Both the position numbers and the translations under genes were made by a program. Shown in pieces: positions 50,619 through 63,507 of a stretch of 64,000 nt of DNA. Under the pieces are notes generated by a model. That model had not been told where the DNA came from. It searched no databases and saw only the letters and a program-made list of their open reading frames with translations. This DNA comes from Marsupella aquatica (lineage: Eukaryota; Plantae; Marchantiophyta): positions 16,058,576-16,122,575 of the forward strand of contig OZ316896.1 in the NCBI GenBank assembly GCA_973895155.1. The letters run 5' to 3'. Every line of letters begins with the position of its first letter. Positions within the stretch are counted from its first letter, which is position 1.

Positions 50619-50738
50619 GTGATGCGGTCATACCAGGGCTACTACACCAGATCCCATCAGAACTCTGCAGTTAAGCGCCTTTGGGCCGGAATGGTACTGG
50701 GATGGGTGACCTCCCGGGAAGTCCCGGTGCCGCATCCA
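50619..50738 (+). rRNA. 5S rRNA: 5S rRNA copy 8 (G74)
   Basis: Array unit. Confidence 0.97.
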
Positions 50739-51366
50739 ATCTTTTCCTTTTTTGTTTTGGACCTCCCTTGTTGCACACTTGAAGCTTCCAAGCTGTTCCT
50801 CTTGGTTCCATTGCTTGTGCCACCCCCTATTTATCAAACACTATTTTGCACATACAATAAGAGACCCCCTATTTATCAAACACTATTTTGCACATACAAT
50901 AAGAGAATTGGTTGTGCCAACCCCTACCTAGAAAACTTTTGATTTTGCAGATACAATAAGCAAAAATTTAAATTTTTAGGGGCTCCGCCCCAAAATCCAA
51001 CACAACACATCAATTCTAAAAATGTCTCCCATGGGCCGCCCCGCCGCCCACCGCTGGCCAATATCTTCCAAGCTGTTCCTCCTCTGTCCAGTGTCATATT
51101 CTCACCCGGGTGGATGGTCTCTGGTGGAAAAGGAAAAATGCCACCTTGGTTGGGGGGGGGCGATTATTGTAGAAATTTGTGGGTTGCAACAAGGGAGGCC
51201 AAGCAAGTGGGGTATAAAGCCCAATAACACAAAGGAATAAAATGGGTGGGAGTCTGGTGCAAATAGAGTCTTTTGGGCAGGGAGGGGAGGTCGGGGTGCA
51301 GTGGGCACGGAAGGAGGGAGCGGCGAGGTGTAAGGAATATAATGAGTAGAGTGAGCACCCATGGAC

Positions 51367-51486
51367 GTGATGCGGTCATACCAGGGCTACTACACCAGAT
51401 CCCATCAGAACTCTGCAGTTAAGCGCCTTTGGGCCGGAATGGTACTGGGATGGGTGACCTCCCGGGAAGTCCCGGTGCCGCATCCA
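51367..51486 (+). rRNA. 5S rRNA: 5S rRNA copy 9 (G74)
   Basis: Array unit. Confidence 0.97.
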
Positions 51487-52114
51487 ATCTTTTCCTTTTT
51501 TGTTTTGGACCTCCCTTGTTGCACACTTGAAGCTTCCAAGCTGTTCCTCTTGGTTCCATTGCTTGTGCCACCCCCTATTTATCAAACACTATTTTGCACA
51601 TACAATAAGAGACCCCCTATTTATCAAACACTATTTTGCACATACAATAAGAGAATTGGTTGTGCCAACCCCTACCTAGAAAACTTTTGATTTTGCAGAT
51701 ACAATAAGCAAAAATTTAAATTTTTAGGGGCTCCGCCCCAAAATCCAACACAACACATCAATTCTAAAAATGTCTCCCATGGGCCGCCCCGCCGCCCACC
51801 GCTGGCCAATATCTTCCAAGCTGTTCCTCCTCTGTCCAGTGTCATATTCTCACCCGGGTGGATGGTCTCTGGTGGAAAAGGAAAAATGCCACCTTGGTTG
51901 GGGGGGGGCGATTATTGTAGAGATTTGTGGGTTGCAACAAGGGAGGCCAAGCAAGTGGGGTATAAAGCCCAATAACACAAAGGAATAAAATGGGTGGGAG
52001 TCTGGTGCAAATAGAGTCTTTTGGGCAGGGAGGGGAGGTCGGGGTGCAGTGGGCAAGGAAGGAGGGAGCGGCGAGGTGTAAGGAATATAATGAGTAGAGT
52101 GAGCACCCATGGAC

Positions 52115-52234
52115 GTGATGCGGTCATACCAGGGCTACTACACCAGATCCCATCAGAACTCTGCAGTTAAGCGCCTTTGGGCCGGAATGGTACTGGGATG
52201 GGTGACCTCCCGGGAAGTCCCGGTGCCGCATCCA
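52115..52234 (+). rRNA. 5S rRNA: 5S rRNA copy 10 (G74)
   Basis: Array unit. Confidence 0.97.
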
Positions 52235-52863
52235 ATCTTTTCCTTTTTTGTTTTGGACCTCCCTTGTTGCACACTTGAAGCTTCCAAGCTGTTCCTCTTG
52301 GTTCCATTGCTTGTGCCACCCCCTATTTATCAAACACTATTTTGCACATACAATAAGAGACCCCCTATTTATCAAACACTATTTTGCACATACAATAAGA
52401 GAATTGGTTGTGCCAACCCCTACCTAGAAAACTTTTGATTTTGCAGATACAATAAGCAAAAATTTAAATTTTTAGGGGCTCCGCCCCAAAATCCAACACA
52501 ACACATCAATTCTAAAAATGTCTCCCATGGGCCGCCCCGCCGCCCACCGCTGGCCAATATCTTCCAAGCTGTTCCTCCTCTGTCCAGTGTCATATTCTCA
52601 CCCGGGTGGATGGTCTCTGGTGGAAAAGGAAAAATGCCACCTTGGTTGGGGGGGGGGCGATTATTGTAGAGATTTGTGGGTTGCAACAAGGGAGGCCAAG
52701 CAAGTGGGGTATAAAGCCCAATAACACAAAGGAATAAAATGGGTGGGAGTCTGGTGCAAATAGAGTCTTTTGGGCAGGGAGGGGAGGTCGGGGTGCAGTG
52801 GGCAAGGAAGGAGGGAGCGGCGAGGTGTAAGGAATATAATGAGTAGAGTGAGCACCCATGGAC

Positions 52864-52983
52864 GTGATGCGGTCATACCAGGGCTACTACACCAGATCCC
52901 ATCAGAACTCTGCAGTTAAGCGCCTTTGGGCCGGAATGGTACTGGGATGGGTGACCTCCCGGGAAGTCCCGGTGCCGCATCCA
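52864..52983 (+). rRNA. 5S rRNA: 5S rRNA copy 11 (G74)
   Basis: Array unit. Confidence 0.97.
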
Positions 52984-53612
52984 ATCTTTTCCTTTTTTGT
53001 TTTGGACCTCCCTTGTTGCACACTTGAAGCTTCCAAGCTGTTCCTCTTGGTTCCATTGCTTGTGCCACCCCCTATTTATCAAACACTATTTTGCACATAC
53101 AATAAGAGACCCCCTATTTATCAAACACTATTTTGCACATACAATAAGAGAATTGGTTGTGCCAACCCCTACCTAGAAAACTTTTGATTTTGCAGATACA
53201 ATAAGCAAAAATTTAAATTTTTAGGGGCTCCGCCCCAAAATCCAACACAACACATCAATTCTAAAAATGTCTCCCATGGGCCGCCCCGCCGCCCACCGCT
53301 GGCCAATATCTTCCAAGCTGTTCCTCCTCTGTCCAGTGTCATATTCTCACCCGGGTGGATGGTCTCTGGTGGAAAAGGAAAAATGCCACCTTGGTTGGGG
53401 GGGGGGCGATTATTGTAGAAATTTGTGGGTTGCAACAAGGGAGGCCAAGCAAGTGGGGTATAAAGCCCAATAACACAAAGGAATAAAATGGGTGGGAGTC
53501 TGGTGCAAATAGAGTCTTTTGGGCAGGGAGGGGAGGTCGGGGTGCAGTGGGCAAGGAAGGAGGGAGCGGCGAGGTGTAAGGAATATAATGAGTAGAGTGA
53601 GCACCCATGGAC

Positions 53613-53732
53613 GTGATGCGGTCATACCAGGGCTACTACACCAGATCCCATCAGAACTCTGCAGTTAAGCGCCTTTGGGCCGGAATGGTACTGGGATGGG
53701 TGACCTCCCGGGAAGTCCCGGTGCCGCATCCA
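53613..53732 (+). rRNA. 5S rRNA: 5S rRNA copy 12 (G74)
   Basis: Array unit. Confidence 0.97.
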
Positions 53733-54361
53733 ATCTTTTCCTTTTTTGTTTTGGACCTCCCTTGTTGCACACTTGAAGCTTCCAAGCTGTTCCTCTTGGT
53801 TCCATTGCTTGTGCCACCCCCTATTTATCAAACACTATTTTGCACATACAATAAGAGACCCCCTATTTATCAAACACTATTTTGCACATACAATAAGAGA
53901 ATTGGTTGTGCCAACCCCTACCTAGAAAACTTTTGATTTTGCAGATACAATAAGCAAAAATTTAAATTTTTAGGGGCTCCGCCCCAAAATCCAACACAAC
54001 ACATCAATTCTAAAAATGTCTCCCATGGGCCGCCCCGCCGCCCACCGCTGGCCAATATCTTCCAAGCTGTTCCTCCTCTGTCCAGTGTCATATTCTCACC
54101 CGGGTGGATGGTCTCTGGTGGAAAAGGAAAAATGCCACCTTGGTTGGGGGGGGGGCGATTATTGTAGAAATTTGTGGGTTGCAACAAGGGAGGCCAAGCA
54201 AGTGGGGTATAAAGCCCAATAACACAAAGGAATAAAATGGGTGGGAGTCTGGTGCAAATAGAGTCTTTTGGGCAGGGAGGGGAGGTCGGGGTGCAGTGGG
54301 CAAGGAAGGAGGGAGCGGCGAGGTGTAAGGAATATAATGAGTAGAGTGAGCACCCATGGAC

Positions 54362-54481
54362 GTGATGCGGTCATACCAGGGCTACTACACCAGATCCCAT
54401 CAGAACTCTGCAGTTAAGCGCCTTTGGGCCGGAATCGTACTGGGATGGGTGACCTCCCGGGAAGTCCCGGTGCCGCATCCA
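54362..54481 (+). rRNA. 5S rRNA: 5S rRNA copy 13 (C74)
   Basis: Array unit, GAATCGTAC. Confidence 0.96.
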
Positions 54482-55110
54482 ATCTTTTCCTTTTTTGTTT
54501 TGGACCTCCCTTGTTGCACACTTGAAGCTTCCAAGCTGTTCCTCTTGGTTCCATTGCTTGTGCCACCCCCTATTTATCAAACACTATTTTGCACATACAA
54601 TAAGAGACCCCCTATTTATCAAACACTATTTTGCACATACAATAAGAGAATTGGTTGTGCCAACCCCTACCTAGAAAACTTTTGATTTTGCAGATACAAT
54701 AAGCAAAAATTTAAATTTTTAGGGGCTCCGCCCCAAAATCCAACACAACACATCAATTCTAAAAATGTCTCCCATGGGCCGCCCCGCCGCCCACCGCTGG
54801 CCAATATCTTCCAAGCTGTTCCTCCTCTGTCCAGTGTCATATTCTCACCCGGGTGGATGGTCTCTGGTGGAAAAGGAAAAATGCCACCTTGGTTGGGGGG
54901 GGGGCGATTATTGTAGAAATTTGTGGGTTGCAACAAGGGAGGCCAAGCAAGTGGGGTATAAAGCCCAATAACACAAAGGAATAAAATGGGTGGGAGTCTG
55001 GTGCAAATAGAGTCTTTTGGGCAGGGAGGGGAGGTCGGGGTGCAGTGGGCAAGGAAGGAGGGAGCGGCGAGGTGTAAGGAATATAATGAGTAGAGTGAGC
55101 ACCCATGGAC

Positions 55111-55230
55111 GTGATGCGGTCATACCAGGGCTACTACACCAGATCCCATCAGAACTCTGCAGTTAAGCGCCTTTGGGCCGGAATCGTACTGGGATGGGTG
55201 ACCTCCCGGGAAGTCCCGGTGCCGCATCCA
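55111..55230 (+). rRNA. 5S rRNA: 5S rRNA copy 14 (C74)
   Basis: Array unit, GAATCGTAC. Confidence 0.96.
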
Positions 55231-55859
55231 ATCTTTTCCTTTTTTGTTTTGGACCTCCCTTGTTGCACACTTGAAGCTTCCAAGCTGTTCCTCTTGGTTC
55301 CATTGCTTGTGCCACCCCCTATTTATCAAACACTATTTTGCACATACAATAAGAGACCCCCTATTTATCAAACACTATTTTGCACATACAATAAGAGAAT
55401 TGGTTGTGCCAACCCCTACCTAGAAAACTTTTGATTTTGCAGATACAATAAGCAAAAATTTAAATTTTTAGGGGCTCCGCCCCAAAATCCAACACAACAC
55501 ATCAATTCTAAAAATGTCTCCCATGGGCCGCCCCGCCGCCCACCGCTGGCCAATATCTTCCAAGCTGTTCCTCCTCTGTCCAGTGTCATATTCTCACCCG
55601 GGTGGATGGTCTCTGGTGGAAAAGGAAAAATGCCACCTTGGTTGGGGGGGGGGCGATTATTGTAGAAATTTGTGGGTTGCAACAAGGGAGGCCAAGCAAG
55701 TGGGGTATAAAGCCCAATAACACAAAGGAATAAAATGGGTGGGAGTCTGGTGCAAATAGAGTCTTTTGGGCAGGGAGGGGAGGTCGGGGTGCAGTGGGCA
55801 AGGAAGGAGGGAGCGGCGAGGTGTAAGGAATATAATGAGTAGAGTGAGCACCCATGGAC

Positions 55860-55979
55860 GTGATGCGGTCATACCAGGGCTACTACACCAGATCCCATCA
55901 GAACTCTGCAGTTAAGCGCCTTTGGGCCGGAATCGTACTGGGATGGGTGACCTCCCGGGAAGTCCCGGTGCCGCATCCA
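55860..55979 (+). rRNA. 5S rRNA: 5S rRNA copy 15 (C74)
   Basis: Array unit, GAATCGTAC. Confidence 0.96.
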
Positions 55980-56609
55980 ATCTTTTCCTTTTTTGTTTTG
56001 GACCTCCCTTGTTGCACACTTGAAGCTTCCAAGCTGTTCCTCTTGGTTCCATTGCTTGTGCCACCCCCTATTTATCAAACACTATTTTGCACATACAATA
56101 AGAGACCCCCTATTTATCAAACACTATTTTGCACATACAATAAGAGAATTGGTTGTGCCAACCCCTACCTAGAAAACTTTTGATTTTGCAGATACAATAA
56201 GCAAAAATTTAAATTTTTAGGGGCTCCGCCCCAAAATCCAACACAACACATCAATTCTAAAAATGTCTCCCATGGGCCGCCCCGCCGCCCACCGCTGGCC
56301 AATATCTTCCAAGCTGTTCCTCCTCTGTCCAGTGTCATATTCTCACCCGGGTGGATGGTCTCTGGTGGAAAAGGAAAAATGCCACCTTGGTTGGGGGGGG
56401 GGGCGATTATTGTAGAAATTTGTGGGTTGCAACAAGGGAGGCCAAGCAAGTGGGGTATAAAGCCCAATAACACAAAGGAATAAAATGGGTGGGAGTCTGG
56501 TGCAAATAGAGTCTTTTGGGCAGGGAGGGGAGGTCGGGGTGCAGTGGGCAAGGAAGGAGGGAGCGGCGAGGTGTAAGGAATATAATGAGTAGAGTGAGCA
56601 CCCATGGAC

Positions 56610-56729
56610 GTGATGCGGTCATACCAGGGCTACTACACCAGATCCCATCAGAACTCTGCAGTTAAGCGCCTTTGGGCCGGAATAGTACTGGGATGGGTGA
56701 CCTCCCGGGAAGTCCGGGTGCCGCATCCA
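56610..56729 (+). rRNA. 5S rRNA: 5S rRNA copy 16 (A74; C>G at 56716)
   Basis: Array unit, AGTCCGGGTG. Confidence 0.95.
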
Positions 56730-57358
56730 ATCTTTTCCTTTTTTGTTTTGGACCTCCCTTGTTGCACACTTGAAGCTTCCAAGCTGTTCCTCTTGGTTCC
56801 ATTGCTTGTGCCACCCCCTATTTATCAAACACTATTTTGCACATACAATAAGAGACCCCCTATTTATCAAACACTATTTTGCACATACAATAAGAGAATT
56901 GGTTGTGCCAACCCCTACCTAGAAAACTTTTGATTTTGCAGATACAATAAGCAAAAATTTAAATTTTTAGGGGCTCCGCCCCAAAATCCAACACAACACA
57001 TCAATTCTAAAAATGTCTCCCATGGGCCGCCCCGCCGCCCACCGCTGGCCAATATCTTCCAAGCTGTTCCTCCTCTGTCCAGTGTCATATTCTCACCCGG
57101 GTGGATGGTCTCTGGTGGAAAAGGAAAAATGCCACCTTGGTTGGGGGGGGGGCGATTATTGTAGAAATTTGTGGGTTGCAACAAGGGAGGCCAAGCAAGT
57201 GGGGTATAAAGCCCAATAACACAAAGGAATAAAATGGGTGGGAGTCTGGTGCAAATAGAGTCTTTTGGGCAGGGAGGGGAGGTCGGGGTGCAGTGGGCAA
57301 GGAAGGAGGGAGCGGCGAGGTGTAAGGAATATAATGAGTAGAGTGAGCACCCATGGAC

Positions 57359-57478
57359 GTGATGCGGTCATACCAGGGCTACTACACCAGATCCCATCAG
57401 AACTCTGCAGTTAAGCGCCTTTGGGCCGGAATGGTTCTGGGATGGGTGACCTCCCGGGAAGTCCCGGTGCCGCATCCA
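57359..57478 (+). rRNA. 5S rRNA: 5S rRNA copy 17 (G74 + A77T)
   Basis: Array unit, GAATGGTTCT; followed by three 42-bp subrepeats. Confidence 0.95.
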
Positions 57479-58149
57479 ATCTTTTCCTTTTTTGTTTTGG
57501 ACCTCCCTTGTTGCACACTTGAAGCTTCCAAGCTGTTCCTCTTGGTTCCATTGCTTGTGCCACCCCCTATTTATCAAACACTATTTTGCACATACAATAA
57601 GAGACCCCCTATTTATCAAACACTATTTTGCACATACAATAAGAGACCCCCTATTTATCAAACACTATTTTGCACATACAATAAGAGAATTGGTTGTGCC
57701 AACCCCTACCTAGAAAACTTTTGATTTTGCAGATACAATAAGCAAAAATTTAAATTTTTAGGGGCTCCGCCCCAAAATCCAACACAACACATCAATTCTA
57801 AAAATGTCTCCCATGGGCCGCCCCGCCGCCCACCGCTGGCCAATATCTTCCAAGCTGTTCCTCCTCTGTCCAGTGTCATATTCTCACCCGGGTGGATGGT
57901 CTCTGGTGGAAAAGGAAAAATGCCACCTTGGTTGGGGGGGGGGCGATTATTGTAGAAATTTGTGGGTTGCAACAAGGGAGGCCAAGCAAGTGGGGTATAA
58001 AGCCCAATAACACAAAGGAATAAAATGGGTGGGAGTCTGGTGCAAATAGAGTCTTTTGGGCAGGGAGGGGAGGTCGGGGTGCAGTGGGCAAGGAAGGAGG
58101 GAGCGGCGAGGTGTAAGGAATATAATGAGTAGAGTGAGCACCCATGGAC

Positions 58150-58269
58150 GTGATGCGGTCATACCAGGGCTACTACACCAGATCCCATCAGAACTCTGCA
58201 GTTAAGCGCCTTTGGGCCGGAATAGTACTGGGATGGGTGACCTCCCGGGAAGTCCCGGTGCCGCATCCA
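58150..58269 (+). rRNA. 5S rRNA: 5S rRNA copy 18 (A74)
   Basis: Array unit. Confidence 0.97.
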
Positions 58270-58897
58270 ATCTTTTCCTTTTTTGTTTTGGACCTCCCTT
58301 GTTGCACACTTGAAGCTTCCAAGCTGTTCCTCTTGGTTCCATTGCTTGTGCCACCCCCTATTTATCAAACACTATTTTGCACATACAATAAGAGACCCCC
58401 TATTTATCAAACACTATTTTGCACATACAATAAGAGAATTGGTTGTGCCAACCCCTACCTAGAAAACTTTTGATTTTGCAGATACAATAAGCAAAAATTT
58501 AAATTTTTAGGGGCTCCGCCCCAAAATCCAACACAACACATCAATTCTAAAAATGTCTCCCATGGGCCGCCCCGCCGCCCACCGCTGGCCAATATCTTCC
58601 AAGCTGTTCCTCCTCTGTCCAGTGTCATATTCTCACCCGGGTGGATGGTCTCTGGTGGAAAAGGAAAAATGCCACCTTGGTTGGGGGGGGGCGATTATTG
58701 TAGAAATTTGTGGGTTGCAACAAGGGAGGCCAAGCAAGTGGGGTATAAAGCCCAATAACACAAAGGAATAAAATGGGTGGGAGTCTGGTGCAAATAGAGT
58801 CTTTTGGGCAGGGAGGGGAGGTCGGGGTGCAGTGGGCAAGGAAGGAGGGAGCGGCGAGGTGTAAGGAATATAATGAGTAGAGTGAGCACCCATGGAC

Positions 58898-59017
58898 GTG
58901 ATGCGGTCATACCAGGGCTACTACACCAGATCCCATCAGAACTCTGCAGTTAAGCGCCTTTGGGCCGGAATAGTACTGGGATGGGTGACCTCCCGGGAAG
59001 TCCCGGTGCCGCATCCA
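58898..59017 (+). rRNA. 5S rRNA: 5S rRNA copy 19 (A74)
   Basis: Array unit. Confidence 0.97.
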
Positions 59018-59645
59018 ATCTTTTCCTTTTTTGTTTTGGACCTCCCTTGTTGCACACTTGAAGCTTCCAAGCTGTTCCTCTTGGTTCCATTGCTTGTGCC
59101 ACCCCCTATTTATCAAACACTATTTTGCACATACAATAAGAGACCCCCTATTTATCAAACACTATTTTGCACATACAATAAGAGAATTGGTTGTGCCAAC
59201 CCCTACCTAGAAAACTTTTGATTTTGCAGATACAATAAGCAAAAATTTAAATTTTTAGGGGCTCCGCCCCAAAATCCAACACAACACATCAATTCTAAAA
59301 ATGTCTCCCATGGGCCGCCCCGCCGCCCACCGCTGGCCAATATCTTCCAAGCTGTTCCTCCTCTGTCCAGTGTCATATTCTCACCCGGGTGGATGGTCTC
59401 TGGTGGAAAAGGAAAAATGCCACCTTGGTTGGGGGGGGGCGATTATTGTAGAAATTTGTGGGTTGCAACAAGGGAGGCCAAGCAAGTGGGGTATAAAGCC
59501 CAATAACACAAAGGAATAAAATGGGTGGGAGTCTGGTGCAAATAGAGTCTTTTGGGCAGGGAGGGGAGGTCGGGGTGCAGTGGGCAAGGAAGGAGGGAGC
59601 GGCGAGGTGTAAGGAATATAATGAGTAGAGTGAGCACCCATGGAC

Positions 59646-59765
59646 GTGATGCGGTCATACCAGGGCTACTACACCAGATCCCATCAGAACTCTGCAGTTA
59701 AGCGCCTTTGGGCCGGAATAGTACTGGGATGGGTGACCTCCCGGGAAGTCCCGGTGCCGCATCCA
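59646..59765 (+). rRNA. 5S rRNA: 5S rRNA copy 20 (A74)
   Basis: Array unit. Confidence 0.97.
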
Positions 59766-60393
59766 ATCTTTTCCTTTTTTGTTTTGGACCTCCCTTGTTG
59801 CACACTTGAAGCTTCCAAGCTGTTCCTCTTGGTTCCATTGCTTGTGCCACCCCCTATTTATCAAACACTATTTTGCACATACAATAAGAGACCCCCTATT
59901 TATCAAACACTATTTTGCACATACAATAAGAGAATTGGTTGTGCCAACCCCTACCTAGAAAACTTTTGATTTTGCAGATACAATAAGCAAAAATTTAAAT
60001 TTTTAGGGGCTCCGCCCCAAAATCCAACACAACACATCAATTCTAAAAATGTCTCCCATGGGCCGCCCCGCCGCCCACCGCTGGCCAATATCTTCCAAGC
60101 TGTTCCTCCTCTGTCCAGTGTCATATTCTCACCCGGGTGGATGGTCTCTGGTGGAAAAGGAAAAATGCCACCTTGGTTGGGGGGGGGCGATTATTGTAGA
60201 AATTTGTGGGTTGCAACAAGGGAGGCCAAGCAAGTGGGGTATAAAGCCCAATAACACAAAGGAATAAAATGGGTGGGAGTCTGGTGCAAATAGAGTCTTT
60301 TGGGCAGGGAGGGGAGGTCGGGGTGCAGTGGGCAAGGAAGGAGGGAGCGGCGAGGTGTAAGGAATATAATGAGTAGAGTGAGCACCCATGGAC

Positions 60394-60513
60394 GTGATGC
60401 GGTCATACCAGGGCTACTACACCAGATCCCATCAGAACTCTGCAGTTAAGCGCCTTTGGGCCGGAATAGTACTGGGATGGGTGACCTCCCGGGAAGTCCC
60501 GGTGCCGCATCCA
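60394..60513 (+). rRNA. 5S rRNA: 5S rRNA copy 21 (A74)
   Basis: Array unit. Confidence 0.97.
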
Positions 60514-61141
60514 ATCTTTTCCTTTTTTGTTTTGGACCTCCCTTGTTGCACACTTGAAGCTTCCAAGCTGTTCCTCTTGGTTCCATTGCTTGTGCCACCC
60601 CCTATTTATCAAACACTATTTTGCACATACAATAAGAGACCCCCTATTTATCAAACACTATTTTGCACATACAATAAGAGAATTGGTTGTGCCAACCCCT
60701 ACCTAGAAAACTTTTGATTTTGCAGATACAATAAGCAAAAATTTAAATTTTTAGGGGCTCCGCCCCAAAATCCAACACAACACATCAATTCTAAAAATGT
60801 CTCCCATGGGCCGCCCCGCCGCCCACCGCTGGCCAATATCTTCCAAGCTGTTCCTCCTCTGTCCAGTGTCATATTCTCACCCGGGTGGATGGTCTCTGGT
60901 GGAAAAGGAAAAATGCCACCTTGGTTGGGGGGGGGCGATTATTGTAGAAATTTGTGGGTTGCAACAAGGGAGGCCAAGCAAGTGGGGTATAAAGCCCAAT
61001 AACACAAAGGAATAAAATGGGTGGGAGTCTGGTGCAAATAGAGTCTTTTGGGCAGGGAGGGGAGGTCGGGGTGCAGTGGGCAAGGAAGGAGGGAGCGGCG
61101 AGGTGTAAGGAATATAATGAGTAGAGTGAGCACCCATGGAC

Positions 61142-61261
61142 GTGATGCGGTCATACCAGGGCTACTACACCAGATCCCATCAGAACTCTGCAGTTAAGCG
61201 CCTTTGGGCCGGAATAGTACTGGGATGGGTGACCTCCCGGGAAGTCCCGGTGCCGCATCCA
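61142..61261 (+). rRNA. 5S rRNA: 5S rRNA copy 22 (A74)
   Basis: Array unit. Confidence 0.97.
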
Positions 61262-61889
61262 ATCTTTTCCTTTTTTGTTTTGGACCTCCCTTGTTGCACA
61301 CTTGAAGCTTCCAAGCTGTTCCTCTTGGTTCCATTGCTTGTGCCACCCCCTATTTATCAAACACTATTTTGCACATACAATAAGAGACCCCCTATTTATC
61401 AAACACTATTTTGCACATACAATAAGAGAATTGGTTGTGCCAACCCCTACCTAGAAAACTTTTGATTTTGCAGATACAATAAGCAAAAATTTAAATTTTT
61501 AGGGGCTCCGCCCCAAAATCCAACACAACACATCAATTCTAAAAATGTCTCCCATGGGCCGCCCCGCCGCCCACCGCTGGCCAATATCTTCCAAGCTGTT
61601 CCTCCTCTGTCCAGTGTCATATTCTCACCCGGGTGGATGGTCTCTGGTGGAAAAGGAAAAATGCCACCTTGGTTGGGGGGGGGCGATTATTGTAGAAATT
61701 TGTGGGTTGCAACAAGGGAGGCCAAGCAAGTGGGGTATAAAGCCCAATAACACAAAGGAATAAAATGGGTGGGAGTCTGGTGCAAATAGAGTCTTTTGGG
61801 CAGGGAGGGGAGGTCGGGGTGCAGTGGGCAAGGAAGGAGGGAGCGGCGAGGTGTAAGGAATATAATGAGTAGAGTGAGCACCCATGGAC

Positions 61890-62009
61890 GTGATGCGGTC
61901 ATACCAGGGCTACTACACCAGATCCCATCAGAACTCTGCAGTTAAGCGCCTTTGGGCCGGAATAGTACTGGGATGGGTGACCTCCCGGGAAGTCCCGGTG
62001 CCGCATCCA
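61890..62009 (+). rRNA. 5S rRNA: 5S rRNA copy 23 (A74)
   Basis: Array unit. Confidence 0.97.
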
Positions 62010-62638
62010 ATCTTTTCCTTTTTTGTTTTGGACCTCCCTTGTTGCACACTTGAAGCTTCCAAGCTGTTCCTCTTGGTTCCATTGCTTGTGCCACCCCCTA
62101 TTTATCAAACACTATTTTGCACATACAATAAGAGACCCCCTATTTATCAAACACTATTTTGCACATACAATAAGAGAATTGGTTGTGCCAACCCCTACCT
62201 AGAAAACTTTTGATTTTGCAGATACAATAAGCAAAAATTTAAATTTTTAGGGGCTCCGCCCCAAAATCCAACACAACACATCAATTCTAAAAATGTCTCC
62301 CATGGGCCGCCCCGCCGCCCACCGCTGGCCAATATCTTCCAAGCTGTTCCTCCTCTGTCCAGTGTCATATTCTCACCCGGGTGGATGGTCTCTGGTGGAA
62401 AAGGAAAAATGCCACCTTGGTTGGGGGGGGGGCGATTATTGTAGAAATTTGTGGGTTGCAACAAGGGAGGCCAAGCAAGTGGGGTATAAAGCCCAATAAC
62501 ACAAAGGAATAAAATGGGTGGGAGTCTGGTGCAAATAGAGTCTTTTGGGCAGGGAGGGGAGGTCGGGGTGCAGTGGGCAAGGAAGGAGGGAGCGGCGAGG
62601 TGTAAGGAATATAATGAGTAGAGTGAGCACCCATGGAC

Positions 62639-62758
62639 GTGATGCGGTCATACCAGGGCTACTACACCAGATCCCATCAGAACTCTGCAGTTAAGCGCCT
62701 TTGGGCCGGAATAGTACTGGGATGGGTGACCTCCCGGGAAGTCCCGGTGCCGCATCCA
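62639..62758 (+). rRNA. 5S rRNA: 5S rRNA copy 24 (A74)
   Basis: Array unit. Confidence 0.97.
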
Positions 62759-63387
62759 ATCTTTTCCTTTTTTGTTTTGGACCTCCCTTGTTGCACACTT
62801 GAAGCTTCCAAGCTGTTCCTCTTGGTTCCATTGCTTGTGCCACCCCCTATTTATCAAACACTATTTTGCACATACAATAAGAGACCCCCTATTTATCAAA
62901 CACTATTTTGCACATACAATAAGAGAATTGGTTGTGCCAACCCCTACCTAGAAAACTTTTGATTTTGCAGATACAATAAGCAAAAATTTAAATTTTTAGG
63001 GGCTCCGCCCCAAAATCCAACACAACACATCAATTCTAAAAATGTCTCCCATGGGCCGCCCCGCCGCCCACCGCTGGCCAATATCTTCCAAGCTGTTCCT
63101 CCTCTGTCCAGTGTCATATTCTCACCCGGGTGGATGGTCTCTGGTGGAAAAGGAAAAATGCCACCTTGGTTGGGGGGGGGGCGATTATTGTAGAAATTTG
63201 TGGGTTGCAACAAGGGAGGCCAAGCAAGTGGGGTATAAAGCCCAATAACACAAAGGAATAAAATGGGTGGGAGTCTGGTGCAAATAGAGTCTTTTGGGCA
63301 GGGAGGGGAGGTCGGGGTGCAGTGGGCAAGGAAGGAGGGAGCGGCGAGGTGTAAGGAATATAATGAGTAGAGTGAGCACCCATGGAC

Positions 63388-63507
63388 GTGATGCGGTCAT
63401 ACCAGGGCTACTACACCAGATCCCATCAGAACTCTGCAGTTAAGCGCCTTTGGGCCGGAATAGTACTGGGATGGGTGACCTCCCGGGAAGTCCCGGTGCC
63501 GCATCCA
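63388..63507 (+). rRNA. 5S rRNA: 5S rRNA copy 25 (A74)
   Basis: Array unit. Confidence 0.97.
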
